Virus record (IMG/VR): IMGVR_UViG_3300017540_000007
Location: 1-41,411 of that record
Source of the DNA: a virus
Taxonomy: Duplodnaviria; Caudoviricetes
DNA: 41,411 bases
Reading direction: 5' to 3' (one strand)
Positions 1 to 7,902 of the stretch are shown in pieces. The notes below the pieces were generated by a model that was not told the DNA's origin, searched no databases, and saw nothing but the letters and a program-made list of their open reading frames with translations. A program made the translations under genes and the position numbers. Position 1 is the first letter of the stretch. Each line of letters starts with the position of its first letter.

Positions 1-350
1 ATACTGTTAATATTATTTTCGAAAGGCAATTTTTTTGTTTTCAATTCAGAAATAATTTTATCTTTACTGTTCTCCCTTAATGAAATAGGGAAAACAAAAA
101 TAGTATCTGGAACATTTTCGATTAATTCCTTATAGAAAGCTTCTTCAAGCTCTCTAAGTTTCTCATTATTATTAAATACAGTATTTTTTTCAATTAATTC
201 CGAAGCTTTAGACCACCCGTTATCTCGAAAACTTTCATGCCAAGCTCTATTAAACGCTGTCGAATTTTCAAAAAAGGTTTTTAATGTCTTTTTGAGAAAA
301 TCTTCTACTTGAAAATTTCTAAGTAATTTTGGACTGTATAATCTGTTCAT
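1..350 (-). CDS. Hypothetical AT-rich accessory protein, truncated by window start
   Basis: Manual translation: ATG at 350 with AAGGA RBS 8 nt upstream, open to position 1 (MNRLYSPKLLRNFQVEDFLKKTLKTFFENSTAFNRAWHESFRDNGW...). Not in the ORF track. Confidence 0.7.
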   Translation of the reverse strand, partial: MNRLYSPKLLRNFQVEDFLKKTLKTFFENSTAFNRAWHESFRDNGWSKASELIEKNTVFNNNEKLRELEEAFYKELIENVPDTIFVFPISLRENSKDKIISELKTKKLPFENNINS

Positions 351-653
351 AAGTATCATCCTTAAAATTATTGTTAATTTTGAATATTTATAAATAAAAT
401 TAATAGTTATCAAATTGATTCCAAAAGCTGATATGTTTCTGACTAGTTATACTTTTAAGTTTATCCTCTTCATCAATTTCTAAATAAATTAGTGAACTTA
501 TGATGTAAATTTTATAGCAAATAAAAAGCTGTGATTTAAAAAATCCACTAATTAGAAAAAGTGTACTACTTTTGATTTGAGTAAATATGCCTAATCTAAC
601 TTTAAAAAAAAGTAAGAACACAAGAATATGTAATATAAAATATTAGTACTTTT

Positions 654-686
654 AAAAGGACATGTCGAAAAGACGTGTCCTTTTTT
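654..686. terminator. Bidirectional intrinsic terminator downstream of the repressor
   Basis: AAAAGGACATGTC-GAAAA-GACGTGTCCTTTTTT, with A and T tracts on both sides. Confidence 0.7.
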
Positions 687-718
687 AACTCCATTCGTAT
701 TTAGTACATATAATATAG

Positions 719-1081
719 TTACTTATGTTCATTCTTAATCATTTCCCAAATAGTGCGAAGCTTACGAAGCTCTTCTTCATCCGATTTCGGAAGTTCCTTA
801 TACCACATCTCCAATTCAGGATCGTTGATGAACGCTTGGAACTCAGCTTCGTCTTTGTCGGAATGTAGTGGAGTGGAATCATCAGTTCTTCCCATGAGCC
901 ACTCAACAGACACGCCAAATAAATCTGCCATTTTATTAATAATTTCAGTATCAGGATCTCTATAATTTCTTTCGTAACCGGAAAGCGTACCATTTGATAT
1001 CCCTAATTTATCAGCAGCTTTTATTTGAGTATACCCAGCTTCTTCTCGGGCTTGTTTTAGTCGTTTACCATTAATGGCCAT
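719..1081 (-). CDS. XRE-family (ImmR-like) prophage repressor
   Basis: HTH_3 pattern RLKQAREEAGYTQ..LGISNGTLSGYERNYRDPD; divergent from cro; ATG 1081 follows a GAGGTG RBS; no S24 peptidase domain. Confidence 0.9.
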   Translation of the reverse strand: MAINGKRLKQAREEAGYTQIKAADKLGISNGTLSGYERNYRDPDTEIINKMADLFGVSVEWLMGRTDDSTPLHSDKDEAEFQAFINDPELEMWYKELPKSDEEELRKLRTIWEMIKNEHK

Positions 1082-1111
1082 GGTTTTCACCTCTACTCTA
1101 ATATACCAATT

Positions 1112-1222
1112 TTAAGCGCTTCGTTTAATCTATTGTGCGATAAGCTTAATTTTTTATAAAAAATATTTGACTTAAGCGATTCGCTTAATATATACTAAAA
1201 ACAACTTAAGCGTAACGCTTAA
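1112..1222. promoter_or_regulatory. Four 17-bp operators, consensus TTAAGCG-N3-CGCTTAA (1112-1128, 1133-1149, 1172-1188, 1206-1222)
   Basis: Two perfect and two degenerate palindromes between repressor and cro. Confidence 0.9.
1167..1196 (+). promoter_or_regulatory. Lytic sigmaA promoter TTGACT-N18-TATACT overlapping an operator
   Basis: Near-consensus -35/-10 with the 1172-1188 operator in the spacer. Confidence 0.75.
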
Positions 1223-1239
1223 TATAAAGGAGTGAGTTT

Positions 1240-1476
1240 ATGAAGCCTGTTTACTTAAAAATAGAAGAGATCCGTAAACAAAAGGGCGTAACAAAAACAC
1301 ACATTGCAAAAAGTTGTGGTAAAACAGTTGCTTGGTATTACGGGATTTCAACTGGGAAACGTGTTCCCAATGTAGAATCTTTACAAATGATCGCAGATGC
1401 TTTAGAGGTAGATGTGAGGGATTTTTTTGAACACACATTAAGCGTTACGCTTAATGTTGATAAAAAAATGGCCTAG
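1240..1476 (+). CDS. Cro-like XRE HTH regulator
   Basis: Short HTH (IRKQKGVTKTHIAKSCG..GKRVPNVESLQMIADALEV); AAGGAG RBS; divergent from repressor. Confidence 0.85.
   Translation: MKPVYLKIEEIRKQKGVTKTHIAKSCGKTVAWYYGISTGKRVPNVESLQMIADALEVDVRDFFEHTLSVTLNVDKKMA
1438..1454. promoter_or_regulatory. Fifth operator TTAAGCG-TTA-CGCTTAA inside the 3' end of cro
   Basis: Perfect match to the switch operator; palindrome extends 1435-1457. Confidence 0.85.
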
Positions 1477-1486
1477 GAGGGACTAA

Positions 1487-2263
1487 ATGAATCAATTGCA
1501 ACAATTTAAACATCAGGTATTTGGAGAATTACCAGTAATTCAAATTGGAGATAAACCATATTTTGGTGCAACTGTTGCAGCGAAGATGCTAGGGTATTCT
1601 AACGCTTCGGATGCAATCACTAGACACACCAAAAAAGATGGGGTCGTGTTTCACGAGGTCATAGATTCGTTAAATAGAAAACAAAATGCAAAGTTCATTT
1701 CAGAAGGTAATCTTTATCGTTTGATTACCAATTCAAAATTACCGAGTTCAGAGATTTTTGAATCTTGGGTGTTTGATGAAGTCTTACCATCTATTCGAAA
1801 ACACGGTGCATATATGACGCCAGAAACAATTCAAAAGGTTCTTACGGATCCAGACACAATAATTCAACTTGCTACAAATCTTAAAGAAGAAATGGCAAAA
1901 AGAATGGCGGCAGAAGCATTAATTGAAAGACAAAAGCCTCAAGTATTATTTGCTGAAGCAGTTCAAACAAGTCATACATCAATTTTAATTGGTCAATTAG
2001 CAAAATTAATAACTCAAAATGGCGTACCGATTGGTCAAAATCGATTATTCGCTTGGTTACGTGATGAGGGCTACCTAGGTAAAAAGGGTGCGCATTATAA
2101 CGAACCTACTCAATATGCAGTTGAACGAGGTTGGTTTGAGGTAACTGAGCGCACATTAAATAATCCTGATGGTTCAGTACGTATCACTCGTACTACAAAG
2201 GTTACAGGTAAGGGACAAGTCCACTTTATAAATAAGTTCCTATCTCATAAAAATGTTATATAA
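1487..2263 (+). CDS. Phage antirepressor (Bro-N + KilAC/ANT)
   Basis: FISEGNLYRLI..SKLP, FESWVFDEVLPSIRKHGAY, and C-terminal TTKVTGKGQVHFINKF. Confidence 0.92.
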   Translation: MNQLQQFKHQVFGELPVIQIGDKPYFGATVAAKMLGYSNASDAITRHTKKDGVVFHEVIDSLNRKQNAKFISEGNLYRLITNSKLPSSEIFESWVFDEVLPSIRKHGAYMTPETIQKVLTDPDTIIQLATNLKEEMAKRMAAEALIERQKPQVLFAEAVQTSHTSILIGQLAKLITQNGVPIGQNRLFAWLRDEGYLGKKGAHYNEPTQYAVERGWFEVTERTLNNPDGSVRITRTTKVTGKGQVHFINKFLSHKNVI

Positions 2264-2303
2264 AAGGCGCCGGGCAAAGCGCCTTTGAATGGAGGGTATT
2301 TAG

Positions 2304-2609
2304 ATGTCTCAAACAGAGAGCTCATTAATTCAAACTCTTTTCGAAATGTCGGGCATAACACCGGAAAAGGTTCATCAACAACTAAGTGAAATCGTGAACA
2401 ACGCTGCTCAACCGTTAATCCTCTTTTGGGATATTAATGACATCATTAAAGCTACTACTTATAGTAGAAAATTTTTAGAGGACCACATCCTTAACGATCC
2501 ACGTGTCCAAAGGTATGAACGTCAACGTGAAAAGGGTGGTAAACGTGTTTGGCTAAAGGAGCCAACAGCAAAAGTGTTACAAGAAATCATTATGAATGAA
2601 TGGATATAA
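2304..2609 (+). CDS. DUF771-like small DNA-binding protein (possible excisionase)
   Basis: WDINDIIKATTYSRKFLEDHILNDPR..GGKRVW pattern; position after antirepressor. Confidence 0.6.
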   Translation: MSQTESSLIQTLFEMSGITPEKVHQQLSEIVNNAAQPLILFWDINDIIKATTYSRKFLEDHILNDPRVQRYERQREKGGKRVWLKEPTAKVLQEIIMNEWI

Positions 2610-2726
2610 ATTAAGCACGGGCAGGTGCAACATCGAGGGCAATCGACATAGTTAATACCATTCACTTCTTCAAGAGGAAGGTATTTCCTCTATATCTCTA
2701 TATTAATCTCATAAAAGTTAACTTGC

Positions 2727-2760
2727 TATGCAACTTGTGCATATATGCAGATTCTGCATA
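2727..2760. promoter_or_regulatory. Two abutting palindromes TATGCA-N5-TGCATA, probable operator
   Basis: 2727-2743 and 2744-2760, immediately before the RBS of the XRE gene at 2777. Confidence 0.6.
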
Positions 2761-2776
2761 AAAAGGGGGGATAGAA

Positions 2777-3049
2777 TTGGAAGTTGATTTTGGAAAATTA
2801 GTTCGGACTTGTAGAAAAAGGGCGAAGCTTTCTCAAGAAGCTTTCGCAGATTTAATGCATACAACACAATCAACTATAAGTCGTATTGAAAAGAATCTAA
2901 TTGCTGTAGAAGCACGATTCTTATTGAGGGCAGCGAAAGTTACTAATTCAGAGGATGTCGTCATTTCTTCTGTATTCAGTATGGATGCCATTATGCATGC
3001 TGCTCAAATAGTACCAATGTATATCGGAGGATTTAGTTTATGGATTTAA
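2777..3049 (+). CDS. XRE-family HTH regulator
   Basis: CRKRAKLSQEAFADLMHTTQSTISRIEKN; TTG start after a G-rich RBS. Confidence 0.85.
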   Translation: MEVDFGKLVRTCRKRAKLSQEAFADLMHTTQSTISRIEKNLIAVEARFLLRAAKVTNSEDVVISSVFSMDAIMHAAQIVPMYIGGFSLWI

Positions 3050-3303
3050 CACAAATCAAAGATGAAATTACCAACTTGCAAGCTCGGTTGGATATCAAAT
3101 TAACGGAAGTAAATATTCATAACAAGCGTAGCGATTATAAAAAAGCAGCTGAATGTGGCAACGAAATTATTCATCTTGCAAATCAACTACATCTGAGAAC
3201 AGCTCATCTGCAAGACATGATTAATTTCCACGGAGTAATTGATAACTTAAAATCTCGAGGGATAAAGGTGGAGGCGGTAAAACGTTATGTGGAAAAAGTG
3301 TAA
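3040..3303 (+). CDS. Hypothetical phage protein
   Basis: GGAGG RBS; overlaps the upstream gene. Confidence 0.75.
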   Translation: MDLTQIKDEITNLQARLDIKLTEVNIHNKRSDYKKAAECGNEIIHLANQLHLRTAHLQDMINFHGVIDNLKSRGIKVEAVKRYVEKV

Positions 3304-3364
3304 GTGGGACAGGCTATCGCTTAATCAAAGGCTGTTCTTATCAGCGAAAGTGGTGAAGGCATGA
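3287..3364 (+). CDS. 25-aa hypothetical peptide
   Basis: MWKKCKWDRLSLNQRLFLSAKVVKA; GGAGG upstream; ATGA overlap with the next ORF. Confidence 0.45.
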   Translation: MWKKCKWDRLSLNQRLFLSAKVVKA

Positions 3365-3483
3365 GACGAGTAAATGAGTATTTTTTCGGAAGCGAAGCTC
3401 ACAGGACAGATTACGCATGGTTTTATGGATCGATTACTTTCATTATCTGGGTGGCTGTGTATACATTTCTCAAAGTCTATTAA
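3361..3483 (+). CDS. 40-aa single-TM membrane peptide
   Basis: MRRVNEYFFGSEAHRTDYAWFYGSITFIIWVAVYTFLKVY; GTGGTGA RBS. Confidence 0.6.
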   Translation: MRRVNEYFFGSEAHRTDYAWFYGSITFIIWVAVYTFLKVY

Positions 3484-3562
3484 AAAAACCGCTAATCACG
3501 GCAATGATTAACGGCTTTCTACAATATTAGGAAATCAATTATTTGTAAATTTATTATATCAC
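3482..3562 (-). ncRNA. Putative antisense sRNA unit 1
   Basis: Minus-strand extended -10 TGATATAAT (3553-3561); hairpin 3489-3514 with a G-U pair only on minus; U7 tract. Confidence 0.5.
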
Positions 3563-3579
3563 AATTCGGAGGAGAGTAC

Positions 3580-3978
3580 ATGACTAATCAAATGGTTAAT
3601 TTAGACACTTTCGCTGGCGGTGCCGTATCAGAAAAACTCAACATAGAACTTCAAAAAGTACTTACTAATATAGCTGATCCAAACACGGACCATAAGAAAG
3701 CTAGAAAGGTCCAAATGACAATGACGTTAAAAGCAAATGAACAAAGGGGTTTAGCAACCGTGGTAGTTGATGTGAAGTCAACACTAGCACCATCTAAGGG
3801 TGTGGAAACACAAATGATGATTGACTTTAATTCTAATGGTGAAGTCATTGGAGCTGAATTAAAAAGCGGTATTCCTGGTCAAACCTACTTTGATAACGAA
3901 GGTGTTAAAACAGACACTGGTAAACCGGTCGAGGAAGTAGAAAAAGAAAAGTCGTCAAAAGTAGTTAATTTCCGTTAA
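3580..3978 (+). CDS. Conserved phage protein (often labelled replication terminator protein)
   Basis: LDTFAGGAVSEKLNIELQKVLTNIADPNTD..RKV pattern; GGAGG RBS. Confidence 0.75.
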   Translation: MTNQMVNLDTFAGGAVSEKLNIELQKVLTNIADPNTDHKKARKVQMTMTLKANEQRGLATVVVDVKSTLAPSKGVETQMMIDFNSNGEVIGAELKSGIPGQTYFDNEGVKTDTGKPVEEVEKEKSSKVVNFR

Positions 3979-4011
3979 TACACATCAAAAAAATTCAAAT
4001 TAAAGGGAGAA

Positions 4012-4728
4012 ATGAAAATGTTAAAAGCTGCAATCGAATATTTATTAGACCTTAAACGTCCAGAGGTTGTTGAAGTAGAGGGACAAAACTTCGCCACTAT
4101 TGATTTACAACGAATTAAAGAACAAGCAAATGTCGCTACATTATCTGTTAATACTCTTACTGGTTTAGTAGATTACATCAAATCAAAGTTTGATAGAAAT
4201 TCAGATTTAATGATTCAGGTTAAGTCTCCAACTGAAGTTCTTTTGTTTGATTCGCTGGATAGCACAAACGATCGTCGTACTTTTATTAAAGCAGAAGCTT
4301 TATTGCCTCAAATAACATTCGAGCGATTTATGGACCGTGAAAAGTTCCAGATTATGATGCAAGCCAACTTTGTTAATAACATTGATAAAGAAACAGTTCT
4401 TCAAATAGTAAGCAACATTGTTGAAGATTCAGGTGCAGAAATTAAGGATAACGGCCTTTCTCAACAAGTAACAGTAAAAAAGGGTGTTGCTTCGATTGGA
4501 TATGAAACAATTCCGGGTCGGGTTACTTTAAAACCTTTCAGAACATTTGCAGAGGTACCACAACCAGAAAGCGAATTTATTCTTCGTCTAAAAGAAGGGG
4601 CGCAAGTGGCATTGTTCGAAGCTGATGGTGGCGCTTGGGAGCTTAACGCAATTCATAACATTAAAGATTATTTATCTACTGAATTGGCAGAGCAGATTGC
4701 CAAAAATGAGTTGTTTATTATCGGTTAA
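4012..4728 (+). CDS. Conserved phage protein, usual partner of the upstream gene
   Basis: TLKPFRTFAEVPQPESEFILR..ALFEADGGAW motif. Confidence 0.8.
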   Translation: MKMLKAAIEYLLDLKRPEVVEVEGQNFATIDLQRIKEQANVATLSVNTLTGLVDYIKSKFDRNSDLMIQVKSPTEVLLFDSLDSTNDRRTFIKAEALLPQITFERFMDREKFQIMMQANFVNNIDKETVLQIVSNIVEDSGAEIKDNGLSQQVTVKKGVASIGYETIPGRVTLKPFRTFAEVPQPESEFILRLKEGAQVALFEADGGAWELNAIHNIKDYLSTELAEQIAKNELFIIG

Positions 4729-4856
4729 CTAAACATTAGGCGCGAGCATGTCTCGCTCCTATCCAGCAGCTCATAATCAGCTAATTTCTCCTATTTGATT
4801 GTTAGCCAAAATTATGAGCTGCTTGATGGGTATCCATCGGGAAGAAGGTGATAAAC

Positions 4857-5035
4857 ATGATTGCTGTTCAATTAGATTCAATGGAAATCGAACAACGTTT
4901 CCAAACTTCCAAATTGTAGATGAGTTTACTGGGTTAGTCTGCACAATTGTAGCAATAGAAGATGAGGTTAAGTACTGGGATTATATCGGCAAAGATTATG
5001 CTGCATATTTGAAACAACAAAAAATCGCAAGCTAG
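4857..5035 (+). pseudogene. Small hypothetical gene split by an apparent 1-nt frameshift near 4898
   Basis: AAGGTGA RBS + ATG 4857 gives MIAVQLDSMEIEQRF then an early stop; the -1 frame continues PNFQIVDEFTG...KIAS to 5035. Confidence 0.5.
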
Positions 5036-5084
5036 TGGCATAGCTTACGATCGCTTTACTAAACATTTTTCAAAATTATATCAC
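5019..5084 (-). ncRNA. Putative antisense sRNA unit 2
   Basis: Minus-strand GTGATATAAT (5075-5084); hairpin 5024-5051 with a G-U pair on minus; U tract. Confidence 0.5.
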
Positions 5085-5098
5085 AGGAGGGTAATTAA

Positions 5099-7123
5099 AT
5101 GAAACAGGTTCAATTAGTTTCTCTAGAACTAACTAATTTTAAGGGTATTAAACATTTCAAGCTTGAAGCAAAAGGTGAAAACGTAAAGGTTTTTGGTGAC
5201 AATGCAGCTGGCAAAACGACACTCTTTGACTCATTTATATGGTTGCTATTCGATAAAGATTCGCAAAACAAAAAGGATTTTTCAATTAAAACTTTAACAG
5301 CTGCTGGTGAGGAAATGCATAACCTTGAGCATACCGTTGTAGGTGTGTTCCTTATAGACGGTGTAACCACAACATTCAAAAAAATCTATAGAGAAAAGTG
5401 GACGAAAAAACGAGGGTCTGCAACTGCCGATTTTACTGGCCATACCACAGACTACGAAGTTGATGGTGTACCCATTAATAAAAAAGAGTACACAACAAAA
5501 GTTGCTGGAATCGTTGATGAAGATGTATTCAAACTTCTTACTAGCCCAACATATTTCAATGAGCAATTAGATTGGAAGAAACGTAGATCCTTGCTTTTAG
5601 AAATTGCAGGTGATGTATCGAATGAGGATGTTATTAAATCAAAGAAAGAGTTAGCAAAACTAAATGATTTCCTCTCTGGTAAGTCCATCGACGACATGAA
5701 GAAAATCATCGCCAGTCGTAAGAAACATATCAATGATGAGCTTGAAAAAATACCGGTTCGCATAGATGAGATTAATAAGATGACCCCTGAATTAACAGTA
5801 GATGTCGAAGCGATTAAAGTGCAAGTAGCTAAGTTAGAAATGGGAATTGAAGAACTGAAAACACAAAAAATAAATATACAAAACGGCGCTGCAGTTCTCG
5901 AGAAGAAGAAACAACTCCAGGAGTTAGAATTGGAGCTTGTGGATCTCAAACGTTCCTTTGAATCTGATAGTAAACAGGAAGTCTACAAGGCTCAAGCAAG
6001 AGTGCAAGAGTGCCAGGGCAACTTGCAAATCATTCAAAGCAAGCTGCAACAAATTCAATCTCAGAAATCATTCCATGAAAATGAATTTAAAAGGATCCAA
6101 GGAGATTTTGATCGCCAAGTGAATTGGAAACAAAAACTTACAAATGATTGGCATGAAGCGAATGGTCAGACACTTCAATATGAAGATAATTGCGAATGTC
6201 CGTCTTGTAAACAACCTTTACCAATTGACCAGGTAGAAGCAGCAAGAAAAGAAGCGGTTGCTCGATTTAATGAAAATAAATCAAAAAAGTTGGCTGAGAT
6301 TACACAACAAGGGAAATCCGTAGCGGCTCAAATTGAACAGCTAAAAGTAACTTTAGTTGGTACCCAATCCGAGATGGAATCATTAGACCTTGGCATTGAA
6401 ACTATTCAAGCTGATTTAACTTTAAAACTAAAGGAACTGGACAAAGCAAAACATAAACTTGAGAAGGCACAGAACAGTGTTCCTGACGTTACTCGATCTC
6501 CTAAATACCAAACTTTAATCTCGCAGATGGAAGTCATTAAAGGCGAAGCGGATAACTTACAAAACTATGCACTGGAAGCCATGGCTGACATTAATGTGAA
6601 TATTCGTGATGTAGAAGCGAAAAGAAATGAATTGAATGCTCAAATTGCTCAATTTGCAAGTATTGATGCGAACCAAAAACGAGTTGCTGAACTAGAAGCA
6701 CAACAACATCAAATAGCTGAAGAATATGAAAAACTCGAGCATCAATCATTCTTAATTGAGGAGTTTATTCGTACTAAGGTCGATATGTTGAACGAACGTA
6801 TTAATTCGAAGTTCAATTATGCCCGCTTTAAGTTGTTCGACATCCAAATCAATGGTGGCCTCGCTGAAACATGCGAAACCGTGTTCAACGGAGTGCCTTA
6901 TGGAAGTGGTTTAAATAATGCAGCCAAGATCAATGTTGGTTTAGATATCATAAATACGCTATCCGAGCACTACGGGTTAACTGCTCCTATCTTCATTGAT
7001 AATGCAGAAGCGGTAACGAAATTCATTGAAACTAACTCCCAGTTAGTAAGCTTAGTTGTTTCCGAAAAGGACAAGCAGTTACGTGTAGAAATTGATCCAA
7101 TCGAATTTAAGGAGGCTATTTAA
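5099..7123 (+). CDS. Rad50/SbcC-like coiled-coil ATPase
   Basis: NFKGI, Walker A GDNAAGKTT, long coiled coil with CPSC zinc hook, Walker B PIFIDNAE. Confidence 0.9.
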   Translation: MKQVQLVSLELTNFKGIKHFKLEAKGENVKVFGDNAAGKTTLFDSFIWLLFDKDSQNKKDFSIKTLTAAGEEMHNLEHTVVGVFLIDGVTTTFKKIYREKWTKKRGSATADFTGHTTDYEVDGVPINKKEYTTKVAGIVDEDVFKLLTSPTYFNEQLDWKKRRSLLLEIAGDVSNEDVIKSKKELAKLNDFLSGKSIDDMKKIIASRKKHINDELEKIPVRIDEINKMTPELTVDVEAIKVQVAKLEMGIEELKTQKINIQNGAAVLEKKKQLQELELELVDLKRSFESDSKQEVYKAQARVQECQGNLQIIQSKLQQIQSQKSFHENEFKRIQGDFDRQVNWKQKLTNDWHEANGQTLQYEDNCECPSCKQPLPIDQVEAARKEAVARFNENKSKKLAEITQQGKSVAAQIEQLKVTLVGTQSEMESLDLGIETIQADLTLKLKELDKAKHKLEKAQNSVPDVTRSPKYQTLISQMEVIKGEADNLQNYALEAMADINVNIRDVEAKRNELNAQIAQFASIDANQKRVAELEAQQHQIAEEYEKLEHQSFLIEEFIRTKVDMLNERINSKFNYARFKLFDIQINGGLAETCETVFNGVPYGSGLNNAAKINVGLDIINTLSEHYGLTAPIFIDNAEAVTKFIETNSQLVSLVVSEKDKQLRVEIDPIEFKEAI

Positions 7124-7125
7124 AT

Positions 7126-7902
7126 ATGACAAATCAAGTAATGCAACAACAGGACGAAAAAGTAACAGTTTGGAATAAGCAAGTTGGATTTATGGTTAAT
7201 GGAGAAGAAGTGAAGCTTTCAGGTAACACAGTAATGAAGTACTTAGTTCGTGGTAACGGTCAAGTGTCAGAACAAGAAGTAGTGATGTTTACTAACTTAT
7301 GTAAGTTCCAAAAGTTGAATCCATTCCTAAATGAAGCTTATTTAGTTAAATTCGGTAGTCAGCCAGCTTCAATTATCGTATCAAAAGAAGCATTCATGAA
7401 ACGTGCTGAAGCACATCCAAAATACAAAGGTTTTGAAGCTGGAATTGTTGTAGAACGTGATGGTCAGTTAGTTGATGTTGAAGGAGCTATTAAATTAAAG
7501 AACGACATTCTAGTAGGTGGATGGTGCAAGGTTTACCGAGAGGATCGTAAGGCTCCCGTTACGGCACGTATCTCTTTAGAAGAGTTTTCAAAAGGCCAAG
7601 CAACATGGAAGCAAATGCCTCTAACTATGATTCGCAAGTCAGCTATTGTTAATGCACTTCGTGAAGCATTTCCTGAAACATTAGGAGCAATGTATACAGA
7701 AGATGATGCAGATGTTAAACCGGCTACAGAAACGACTATCCAACAAGAAATTCAACAGAATGCAAACAGTGAAACTTTAGATTTCGAAGTAGATATTCAA
7801 CCTCAACAAAACAAAAGTTTCCAAGAAGCTGAATTAGTAGATATTACAAGCAATCCCGAACAACAAACAATTTTAGAACCTACTCAAGGTCCTGATTTCT
7901 AA
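7126..7902 (+). CDS. bet: Bet/RecT single-strand annealing recombinase
   Basis: CKFQKLNPFLNEAYLVKF, GGWCKVYREDR, WKQMPLTMIRKSAIVNALREAFP. Confidence 0.9.
   Translation: MTNQVMQQQDEKVTVWNKQVGFMVNGEEVKLSGNTVMKYLVRGNGQVSEQEVVMFTNLCKFQKLNPFLNEAYLVKFGSQPASIIVSKEAFMKRAEAHPKYKGFEAGIVVERDGQLVDVEGAIKLKNDILVGGWCKVYREDRKAPVTARISLEEFSKGQATWKQMPLTMIRKSAIVNALREAFPETLGAMYTEDDADVKPATETTIQQEIQQNANSETLDFEVDIQPQQNKSFQEAELVDITSNPEQQTILEPTQGPDF

Noticed and set aside
400-621. 73-aa minus-strand ORF
   Set aside because: No RBS; AT-rich intergenic composition; no recognisable motif
739-1438. Alternative-frame ORFs over repressor and cro
   Set aside because: Shadows of well-supported genes
4799-4856. TTG start for the 78-aa ORF
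   Set aside because: Lies inside a hairpin with no RBS; the real RBS precedes ATG 4857
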